Positions 24,025 through 35,300 of a DNA stretch of 64,000 nt are shown one piece after another. This DNA is from Eledone cirrhosa. Its lineage: Eukaryota. Below the pieces are notes generated by a model. It was not told where the DNA came from. It did not search any database and saw only the letters and a list, made by a program, of their open reading frames with translations. The DNA is taken from positions 66,216,001 to 66,280,000 of the forward strand of contig OZ024742.1 of NCBI GenBank assembly GCA_964016885.1, in the 5' to 3' direction. The number at the start of each line of letters is the position of its first letter. Position 1 is the first letter of the stretch. The translations under genes and the position numbers were made by a program.

Positions 24025-27000
24025 GATGATTTCTTTATTGGCCACAAGGGCTGACATCAAGAAAAACATCACAGACGGAACAGGGCGGTACGATGTGGGT
24101 TTTGTGCGTGTAAATATTTTTATTATTTATATAAGAAAGGAAAAAAGGCATAAAACATATATATATATAAACAATAAAATGAAAATTGAAACAATGAAAA
24201 ATTCCCCAATAGGGGGGAAACCTCCGAGGGTTACTCGTGGCGAAAACCACACAAAAGACCACGGCCACCCTGTCTACAAGGGCAAGCGCCCTCTCTCAAT
24301 TTTTCCATCTCTCAAACTACAGACGTATATTCACTCGGACCATTCTCGCTACATTCATCCACCTTTCAACAAACTTGCTAGAAAGTAGCACTTACTTCTC
24401 CACCCTGATTTTCCTCTTCAAGTGAAACTTGAAAAAGTTAATCAGGGATTCGCTGAAGAGGAAAGTGTTTGTCTTTAATCCTTTTAATCTTGTCCACCAC
24501 ACAATCTCTTTCGCCATGGCCACCAGGCAGATGAAAACCGCCTGCACTTCCTCCTCAAAGGAAGACGGCGAGACCATCTGCACAATGGACTCAGTCGACA
24601 ACCGGATCAGTCCCACACGTGACAGCAACTGTTCGACATAGCTCTACAAGTCAGCAATGCTCGGGCACTGAACGAGTGCGTGCACAACGGTTTCATCGCC
24701 ATGCGCGCATCTCGGACAGGCTCGGCTGACAGCACTTCCGTGCCTGTAGAGCTTATCTCGAACCGGCAGCGCTCCCCGGTAGCACTGCCAGGCCAGGAAT
24801 TTTTGGAAGTTATCCATAGGCCCCGGGCTGAAAGTTCTCCGGAAGAGAGCAAGCAGCTGATCTTCTTCGACGCCCAGGATCTCTTCGAGAACGTCGTCGC
24901 TCTTCCACTCCACTAGTCCTCTATAGAACGCCGAGGTGGATGTACCACCGATACTGGTGCCCAACTGGGAGAGGGCAGTGAGCGCCTGGAGACATTCCAG
25001 TTTCCAAGCGCTATCCCTCGGTCTTTTTCTGACCCAGGATTGCAGCTCCGTCAATGAGACGAGCTGTTTGAAAATGTGCCTGGCGAACGGCGTCCACACC
25101 CGTTCACCATCAAGGAAGCACCAGAGATGTCGCAGCCTCAGCGCGTGTTTGCGCATCATCAGCCATGGCATGCCCAGTCCTCCACGCAACGGGTGTTGAC
25201 AGCAGATAGATCGTCTGACCATGGGAGCGCGTCCCTTCCACAAAAAGCGGAAGAGGAGGCGCTCCATTTTGGTGAGAGTTGGGCTAGAGCAAGGGACGAC
25301 GGTGAGGCGGTAGCAGATGACGGATGCGATGTACGCATTCTCCACTTCCGCCCGGCCTTTCAGGGACAGCTTCCTCTCAGCCCATTTCTGGGTGAGGGAG
25401 GCCACCCTGCTCGTCACCTCGTTCCAGTTTTTCTCCATCTGGAGGTCCGGTCCGAACCAGACCCCTAGCAATTTAACCGGTCCGTCCGTCAAAAGCCCAA
25501 CGACGCTGTCGGACGGCATGGACTTGCCTCTCCAGGTGCCTAGCTGCAAGCCCACCGACTTTTCCTGGTTTATCTTTGCTCCTGTCACCGTTTCGTATTC
25601 ATTGAGAGCGGTGCCGAGCATCTGGACGTGTCTGGTGCTCGACACCACCACGGTGACGTCGTCAGCGTAAGCCGACTCGGATTTCCCACACCCTAGTTCG
25701 CGTGGGACGCCCCTCATCACCCCCAGTTTGTGCAGTAACGGCTCGAGAGCCAATACGAACAAGAGGGACGAGAGGGGACAACCCTGGCGGACTGAGCGCA
25801 TGATGCTGAACGGCTGCGACAGGTGACCGTTCACCCTCACAACTGAGCAGATGTCGCTGTACATTGCTGCGATCCAACGCCTGGAAACGGGCCCGAAACC
25901 GGCTGCCTCGAGGACCGCCGCCAGGTACCGATGGTCGACCCTATCGAATGCTTTGGATTGATCCAAGTTGATCAGAGCCCCACCCTTGCCAGGTTCCTTA
26001 ACCACCCTCTCTATGATGTATCGCATGAGGTGGAGGTTGTCGTGTATGGATCTGTCCGGGATCGCGCATGTCTGCACCTCTCCCACCAGACCCTTGACGA
26101 CAAGCGCCAACCTCGTTGCTAACACCTTGGCCAAAACCTTGAACTCTGCGTTTAGCAGAGTTATGGACCTGAAATTATCAATAACATTCCCCTTGTTCGG
26201 GTCTTTTCTCAGCAGCGCCACTGCTCCCCGGCTCACAAAACTGGGAATGCTCCCGTTCTGCTGCCAGTTGCAGTAGACGTCTGCCAAGAGGTCACCGAAC
26301 AAGTCTGGCATAAATGCATAAAGCTCGTAGGGTAGACCATCTAAACCTGGCGATTTACCTCTTGTGCAGTTAGCCATCGCTTCCCGTATTTCACCGGCTG
26401 TTATTGGCTTTTCGCAACACTGTGCTGCGGTCGTCGAGAGCCGAGGCAGTCCGTCGAGGTATGCACTGAAGTCCCGATACGGGCCGCCACCGCTCCCGAA
26501 CAGTTCAGCAAAGTGCTTCTGAAAAGCTTCACACATCCGCTCGGGTTCGAGCATCACGCACCCGTTTTGGTCAGACAAAGACCGAATTGTGGCTTTATTG
26601 CCACGTCGGGCCTCTGCCACCCGGGCCCATTGGACGGCTTTTGTCCCCTCGTGTTTCAGAGCACGCGCTCTAGCTCTGATAACGCAGCCTTCGTGTTTTG
26701 CGTTGAAGAATTGGTCGAGTGCCAATCTCGCCGCAAGCACGTCGGTTGCGATGCCTGTCCTAAACGCCTCTTCTAGCTATTTGACTAGCTCTCCCTGTAC
26801 TCTATTTTCTTCTATCACTACTCCTTTGCTAAACCTAATCGACTCTACTTTAATTGCCCTTTTCAGGGCGAACCACCACCTGTTGTTGACGACCGCTCCC
26901 GTCAACGCCCGCTTAACTAATACGCTAATCCGGTCCCTGTAGGCTTTGCGCGTCGGGAAAGACGCGTTCAGCTTCCAGTAACCAGGCCCTTGTCTATGAA

Positions 27001-27157
27001 GTCTGTCTATGTCGATCTCACAGATCACACATTTGTGGTCTGTGTAGTCGACTATTTTAAATTGTGGACAACTTATACTAGCATTATCTAGTTCCCTGCA
27101 GAATACCCTATCTAGATACGATCTGGATGAGCCGATGCGGTTTGTCCATGTCCACAT
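24025..27157 (-). mobile_element. 5'-truncated Tx1-clade LINE (diverged subfamily with its own 3' UTR) in (TAA)n
   Basis: ORF 24644-26740 is an RT (AYADD, CPRC..HALVQC). It starts mid-APE at MWTWTNR, has a stop near 26777 and a frameshift near 24640, and ends CCTTGTGGCCAATAAAGAAATC(ATT)n. Confidence 0.9.
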
Positions 27158-27175
27158 AATAATAATAATAATAAT

Positions 27176-30100
27176 GCTTTCTTTATTAACCACAAGGGTT
27201 TACATAAAGTAGACATTAAGGACAGTACAGGACAATACAGGACGGTGTAAATGGGCATTTCTGCGTGTAAAAAAAACAGAGGATGTAATAAAAAAATAAC
27301 AATGAAAAATTCCCCAATAAGGGGAGACTTCCGAGGGACATTTGTGGAGAAAGCCCATTAAAAGGCCACAGTGACCCTGACCACCAGAGCAAGTGCCCTC
27401 TCCCAGTTTTCCACCTTTATTTTACAGACACATACTCAGAGTAGGCCCATTCACTTGGGCCATACTTTCTTCTCACACCCATCTTTCAACAAAATACTGG
27501 GAAGAGAGCACTTCCCTCTCTACCCTGATTTTCCTTTTCAAATGAAATTTGAAAAAGTTAATCAGGGAATCACCGAAGAGGTAAGTGCTCGTCTTCAGCC
27601 CTTTCAAACGTGTCCACCATACTATCTCTTTCGCCATGGCCACCAGACAGATAAAAACTGCATGCTTTCACGGCTAAAGGAAGAGGGCGGGGAAATCCTC
27701 ACGATGGACTCAGCTGATAGTTGGATCCGTCCTACACGTGACAGCAGGTGTTCGACATAAACCCACAAGTCAGCAATTTCTGGAAGTTGTCCATAGGCCC
27801 CGGCCCGAAAGTCCTTCCGAAGAGATTGGCTAGTTGATTTTCGTCGATGCCTAGAGTTTCTCCAAGTACGTCGTCGCTCTTCCTCTCCACTGATCCTCTA
27901 TAGGACGCCAAGGTGGAGTTTCCACCGATCACATTGCCCAATTGGTCGAGGGCTGTGAGCGCCTGAAGACATTCCAGTCTCCAAGCGCTCCCTCTCGGTC
28001 TTCGCTTGACACAGGATTGCAACTTCGTCAAGGAGACGAGCTTGGGAAAGACGTGTCTAGCAAACGGCAACCACACCTAATCACCGTCGAGGAAGAGGTG
28101 GAGATGTCGTAGCCCGAGCGCGTGTCTGCGCAACATCAGCCACGGCATTCCCAGCCCTCCACGTAGCGGGTGTTGACAGCAAATGGACCGCCTGACCATA
28201 GGAGCGCGTCCCTTCCACAAAAAGCGAAAGAGCAAACGCTCCAGCGCAGTCAGGTGGGGCTTAGGACAAGGTACGACGGTCAGGCGGTAGTAGATGACGG
28301 ACGCGATGTACGCGTTAGCCACCTCCGCTCGACCTTTCAGGGATAGCTTCCTCTCCGCCCATTTCTGGGTGAGAGAAGCCACCCTGCTCGTCACCTCGTC
28401 CCAGTTTTTATCCGTCTGGAGATCCGGACCGAAACAGACCCCTAGCAATTTAACCGGTCCGTCCATCCAGCGCCCGATGACGCTGTTCGATGGCGTGGAC
28501 CTGCCTCTTCAGGTGCCGAGCTGCAGGCCCACTAACTTTTCCTGGTTGATCATTGCTCCTGTTACCGCTTCGTATTCTCTTAGTGTAGTGCCGATCGCCT
28601 CGATGTGTTTGGCGTTCGTCACCACTACGGTAACATCGTCCGCATATGCTGACACGGATCTTCCGCATCCTAGTTCGGGCGGGACCCCCCTCAACGTCTC
28701 CAGTTTGTGCAGTAATGTCTCGAGAGTCGATACGTAGAAGAGGGACGAGAGGGGACATCCTTGAAGGACCGAGCGCATGATGTTGAACGGTTCCGAAAGG
28801 TGACCGTTCACTCTCACCACAGAGCAGATGTCGCTGTGCATGGCAGCGATCCAGCCTCTGAAGACGGACCCAAAGCCAGCCGCCCTCAGGACTGCCGCTA
28901 TGTAACGATGGTCGACCCTATCGAAGGCTTTCGACTGATCTAATTTGATCAAGGATCCACCCGTGCCAGGTTCCCTAGCTACCTTCTCTACGATGTATCG
29001 CATGAGGTGTAGGTTGTCGTAGATGGATCTGTCGGGAATGGCACATGTCTGCGCCTCTCCCACCAGACCACCAACGACAAGCGCCAACATCTTTGCTAGC
29101 ACCTTGGCCAAAATCTTGAACTCTGTGTTTAGCAGAGTTATGGGCCTGAAATTATCTATGTTATCACCCTTGTTCGGATCCTTTCTCAGCAGCACCACAG
29201 CTCCTCGGCTCACAGAGCTGGGAATTTTCCCGTTCTGTTGCCAGTTACAGTAGACGTCCGCCAAGAGGCCTCCGAACAAGTCTGGCATCTGTACGTAAAG
29301 TTCATAGGGCAGACTATCCAAACCAGGCGATTTACCCCTTATGCAGCCAGTCATTGCCTTCCGTACTTCAGCGGCTGTTATCGGTTATGGTTTCTCCATC
29401 CTTTTCACTGCTTCTGGCCTCCTCCGGAAGGATGTCCTTATAAATCCTCCTGGAGAGTGCTTGTCGGAAGTTTCCGTTGTCTTTGTGGAATTTTTGTTTT
29501 AGTGTCGTGTACGTTTTCTGTGAGATGCGAGTGACTTGTATGTGTGGAGGTGGTGTGAACTTTTGGGTGGTTGTGTAGTCTTTTTCTGTGATGCTGGTGT
29601 TGTGTTGGATGTAGTGTAATAATTGGTTGTTGTTCAAATTTATTGCTGTGTAGTGTGTATCGTTTTGGTTGTTTTGTTTTGTTTGCGTTTGTTGTGGGTT
29701 TGTTTCTGTTTCGCTTTTTGGTGACTTTTGTGGTGTTGGTGATGGTGGTGTTGGGCTTAATGATGGTGATGGTGTTGGTGTTTGTGGTGATGGGTTTGGT
29801 GATGCTGGTGTGGATGGTGGCATAGCTGTCCTAACTTTTTTGTTTGATTGTTTTTTTGTTTCCCTCTGTATTTTGGTTTTGGAGGGGGAAGGAAGGGGAT
29901 TTTTCTTTTTGGGTTTCTTTTTCTTTTTTTCTTTTATTCTAAACCGTTCCCCACTCCTCGTCATCACAATCTGTCTCCAGTGGCGATAGGTCGGGGAGTG
30001 GAAAATCCTCCACAGGCGTTGGTTTTTGTTGTGGCGTGGTGGATGGTGTAGGCGCTGTTGTTTTATCTGGCGCGTTGGGTGGTGGTGGTGTTGGTTTTGC

Positions 30101-31534
30101 TATTGTTGCTGGGGTTGTTGCTGTTACAGTTTCTTCTGTTGTTGCTGCTACAGTTGTTGCTGACATTTCTGCTGCTGGGGGTGTTGATGGTTTAGTCACT
30201 GGGATCGGTAAAAGAGGTGGCCTTAACCTTTAAGCCTGAGGGCAGAAAGCCCTTAGGTGGGTTCCTTCACCACTAACGACACACCTAGGCCTTCTGCCCT
30301 CGACGATTACGGTGAGATGGCTGCCGTCAGTGAGGTCTATTACCTTTGGGATCTCCTCAATGCTTTTTTGGTCGGTTTGGATCAGGAGCTCCATCCCAGA
30401 TCCGGACCAGTTCTCCTGCTTTTCTTTCGCTATTTCGATTATCTTGGTGTTGGCATCAATGCCGGCGAGGACGGCAGCCATTAGCCAGGGAATTTCGATG
30501 GCAGGTGGAACGTGGGTCACCATGATCTTCACGAGTCTCTGGACACAATAGCTTGGGACGAGTCTGAAGTCGTCACTTCTTAATGAGACCATGGAGTGTT
30601 CTCTGGCCTCCTGTCGTGTTTCAAAGAACACGTCCTCGGTTCCATATTTCTGCCCACGTCTGATGTGGGTTTTCTTTTCCCACATATCCGAAAGCATTTT
30701 TTATTTAGGACTCCGATGCCCATTCCACTCGGCGCGATTTTATGTTAATCGTCTGATAAGACACGGTGCATAGGCGCCGTTGCTCCATTTTATTATGTGT
30801 GTGTGTGGGGGGGGGGGGGGCGAGGCTGACCCTGTACGCATCTTTCTTTACCATTTTTTTGGCTTCTTCTAATTCCTCCTGTGTTACCTGGAATGCTTCG
30901 CACTTTTTTGCTACTCTGGCAAAAGACAGGTTTGTTTTCTTAATTTCATTGTTGCTGCTTGTGTTTATCGTTATTTTTGTTATTGTTAATTTTAGTTTCA
31001 GTTGTGGTGGTGATGGCGTCAGTGGTGTTCGATGTGGAAGAGTTCATTTTGGCTGAATTCGTTTCGATATCACGAGATAATTTATTTTTTTCTTTTGTTT
31101 CTGTTGTCGCTGTGGTGGTGGTGGGGTTGGCGGCTTCAACACCTGCAGTCATTGGTAATGGCGGGAAATGAATGTCTGCCTGAGACAAATTTAAAACATT
31201 GCTGCTGCTATTATTTTTAGTGTTGGCAAACGTAATAATATTTATAATGGTGGTGTCGGTGTGAGGTGTTAGTTTGTGAGGAAGGCTCTCAGCTACTGGG
31301 TTCAGCTGTGAGTCGGCCATGATTTTTCAAAGAAATTTTTTTTTTTGTTTGATAATTATAAAAGTTTAAATTTTGGGCTCAAGGCCCCAATCTTTTTGAG
31401 TGTCCTTTTCAGAAAACAATGTATGTGCACTTATATACAGTTAACAATAACAATTTTCCTATAATGGCAATTTAAACAACTGAAAATAAACCTTTGCGGA
31501 GCTCACGATAATACGATTGACTACGTTGGTCGCC
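27176..31534 (-). mobile_element. Tx1-clade LINE with intact 5' end, type-C ORF1, and a ~1.4 kb internal deletion removing the APE domain
   Basis: The 5' end GGCGACC matches 32323. The ORF1 end is joined directly to RT-proximal CCGATAACAGCCGCTG at ~29385, and a second deletion at ~27775 removes the zinc finger. Confidence 0.9.
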
Positions 31535-31538
31535 AATA

Positions 31539-31569
<31 letters not shown>

Positions 31570-31666
31570 TTATTATTATTATTATTATAACAACAACAAC
31601 AACCCTAATTCTTTAGAGGGTAAAAAGTTGCTAAACATATAATACAAATCATGTTGTATTATAATG

Positions 31667-31853
31667 GGCTTTCTCCACGAATGTCCCTCGGAAGTATCCC
31701 CCGTATTGGGGAATTTTTCATTGTTATTTTTTTGTTACATCCTCTGTTTCTGTTTTTTACACGCAGAAATGCCCATTTGTACCATCCTGTATTGTCCTGT
31801 ACTGTCCTTAATGTCTACTTTATGTAAACCCTTGTGGTTAATACAGAAAGCAT
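31667..31853 (+). mobile_element. 3' UTR-only stub of the TAA-associated Tx1 family
   Basis: Matches 43807-44004. Confidence 0.85.
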
Positions 31854-32023
31854 TTATCGGTAGAGGGTGGGACGCCATGCTTTCCAGCATAGGTACGTTC
31901 CTTTACGATCTGAGTTCAAATCCTGTCGAGGTTGACTTTGCCTTTCATCCTTACAGGGTCGATAAAATAAAGCACCAGTAATGCACTGGGTAATTGCTGG
32001 CCTTGTGCCTAAAGTAGAAACAA
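31854..32023 (+). mobile_element. 5'-clipped SINE with (ATT)n tail
   Basis: B box, core and tail CCTTGTGCCTAAAGTAGAAACA(ATT)n. Confidence 0.85.
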
Positions 32024-32322
32024 TTATTATTATTATTATTATTATTGGCGACCTACGTAGTAAATCGTATTTATTATTTTTGCTATATTTTGAGCAATAT
32101 TGATAGCTGTATGTCTTTTGAAAATAGAGTAATATTTATGTGATCTAGGGAAGCATTTATCCAAGGCTTTAAAAAATAAGTGTGCTAAAGGTGTTTTAAT
32201 AGTTAAAGATGCTGGCGGAGCATACCAAATTATAGATCTAGTTCTTATTTTTGTCCGGATTTATTCCTCAAGTTGTTGTTTTTATAGTCAATATTTTTTT
32301 AATTATTATTATTATTATTATT

Positions 32323-35300
32323 GGCGACCTACGTAGTAAATCGTATCATTGTGAGCTCCGCAAAGGTTTCTTATTTTCAGTTGTTTAAAATTGCCATTTT
32401 ATTGTTAACTGTATATAAGTGCACATACATTGATTTCTGAAAAGGTCACTCAAAAATATTGGGGCGTTGAGCCCAAAATTTTAACTTTTTATAATTATCA
32501 AACAAAACTTTTTCTTTGAAAAATCATGGATGACTCAAGGTCACACCTTCCTCACAAACTAAGACCTCACACCGACACCACCATTGTAAATATTATTACG
32601 TTTGCCAACACTAAAAATATAAGCAGTAGCAATATTTTAAATTTGTCTCAGGCAGACATTCATTTCCCGCCATTACCAATGACTGCAGGTGTTACAGCCG
32701 CCCCCCTCCCCCCCCACACACAACCACAATACCGACAACAGAAACAAAAGAAAAAAATAAATTAACTCGTGATATCGAAATGAATTCAACCAAAATGAAC
32801 TCTTCCACAGCGAACACCACTGACGCCACCACCATCACAACTGAAACTAAAATTAACAATAACAAAAATAACAATAACAACAACAGCAACAATGAAATTA
32901 AGAAAACTATCCTGACTTTTGCGAGAGTAGCAAAACAGTGCGAAGCATTCCAGGTAACTCAAGAGGAATTAGAAGAAGCCAAAAAAATGGTAAAGAAAGA
33001 TGCGTACAGGGTCAGCCTCACGCCACCCCTCCCGCACGTAATAAAATGGAGCATCGGCGCCTATACAACGTGTCTTACCGGACGATTAACATAAAATCGC
33101 GCCGAGTGAAACGGGCATCCGAGTCCCAAATTCAAAAAGCTTTGGGACATGTCTGGGCAAAAAAACCCACATCAGACGTGGGCAGAAATATGGAACCGTG
33201 GACGTGTTCTTTGAAACACCACAGGCGGCCAGAGAACACTTAATGACCCCATTAAGAAGTGACGACTTCACACACGTCCCAAGCTATTGTGGCCAGAGAC
33301 TCGTGAAGATCAGGGTGACCCACGTTCCACCGGCCATCGAAATTCCCTGGCTAATGGCTGCCGTCCTCGCCGGCATCGAAGTCAACACCAAGATAATCGA
33401 AATAGCGAAAGAAAAGCAGGAGAACTGGTCCGGATCTGGGATGGAGCTCCTGATCCAGCCGACCAAAAAAGCATTGAGGAGATCCCAGAGGTAATAGACC
33501 TCACTGACGGCAGCCACCTCACCGTAATCGTCGAGGGCAGAATGCCTAGGTGTGTCGTTTGTGGTGAAGGAACCCACCTAAGGGCTGTCTGCCCTCAGGC
33601 TAAAAGGTTGAGGCCACCTCTTTTACCGACCCCAGTGACTCAACCATCAACACCAGCAGCAGCAGAAATGGCAGCAACAACTGTAGCAGCAGCAACAGAA
33701 GCAACTGTAACAGCAACAACCCCAGCAACAGTAGCAAAACCAACATCACTACCACCCAACGCGCCAGAACTAGCACCTGCGCCTACACCATCAACCACGC
33801 CACAACCAAAACCAACGCCCGTGGAGGATTTTTCCACTCCCCGACCTATCGCAACTGGAGACAGATTGTGACGACGAGGAGTGGTAAACGGTATAAGAAA
33901 AAAAGAAAAAAAGAAAAAAAGAAAAAAAGAAAAAAAGAAAAAAAGAAAAAGAAACCAAAAAATAAAGAAATTCTCTTACCTCCCCCTCCAAAAACAAAAT
34001 ACAGAGGGAAACAAATAAACTATCAAACAAAAAAGTTAGGACAGCTATGCCACCATCCACACCAGCATCACCAACTCCATCACCACAAACACCAACACCA
34101 TCACCATCATTAAGCGCAACACCACCATCACCAACACAACAAAAGTCACCAAAAAGCGAAACAGAAACAAACCCACAACAAACGCAAACAAAACAAAACA
34201 ACCAAAACGATACACACTACACAGCATTAAATTTGAACAACAACCAATTATTACACTACATCCAACACACCAGCATCACAGAAAAAGACTACACAACCAC
34301 CCAAAAGTTCACACCACCTCCACACATACAAATCACTCGCATCACACAGAAAACGTACACGACACTAAAACAAAAATTCCCCCAAAACATCGGAGTCTTT
34401 CGACAAACACTCTCCAGGAGGATTTATAAGGACATCCTTCCGGAGGAGGCCAGAAGCAGTGAAAAGGATGGAGAAACCATCTTTCCTCTACGAGAAGTAA
34501 GGTAAGTGGTCTTTCCCATCTTTTCCACTCCATTTTAACATGACCTCACTCAGAATAGGCAGCATAAATGCTCGTGGCTTGGGTTCGTCATGGAAGCAGG
34601 GCCACCTGCTCAACGACCTCAGGCGTTTTGAACTGTCTGACAGTTACCGATTGAATTTACCGAATGTTCCAATGTGGACTTGGACAAATCGCATAGGGTC
34701 ATCCAGATCATATCTAGGTAGAGTATTTTGTAGGGAAATAGATAGGTCTAGCATAGGCTGTCCACAATTCAAGATAGTCAGCTACACGGACCACAAATTC
34801 GTGATCTGTGTGCTTGACTTAGATAGGCTTCACAGACGAGGACTCGGCTACTGGAAGCTAAACGCGTCCTTACCAGCGCGCAAGGCCTACAGAGAAACGG
34901 ATTAGCGAACTAGTTAAGCGGGTGTTGACGGGGACCATCATGAACAACAAGTGGTGGTTTGCTCTGAAAAGAGCGATTAGAATAGAGTCTATTAGGTTTA
35001 GTAAGGCTTTAGCAATAGAGAAAAATAGAGCAGAGGGAGAATTAGTTAGAAAATTAGACGAGGCGCTTAGCAAAGGCATCGCGACTGACGTACTTGCGGC
35101 GAAATTGGCCCTTGACAAATTCTTCAATGCAAAGCACGAAGGCTGCGTTGTCAGAGCTAGGGTGCGTGCTCTCAGACACGAGGGGACGAAAGCCGTTCAA
35201 TGGGCCCGAGTGGTGGAGGCGCGTCGTGGGAACAAAGCCACGATCCGGTATTTGGTGGACCACGACGGGCGTATGCTACTCTATCCCGGGCAAATGGATG

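Noticed and set aside
29368-29400. ORF1-to-RT deletion as a spliced product
   Set aside because: The breakpoint is ~20 nt upstream of the donor and has no GT-AG ends.
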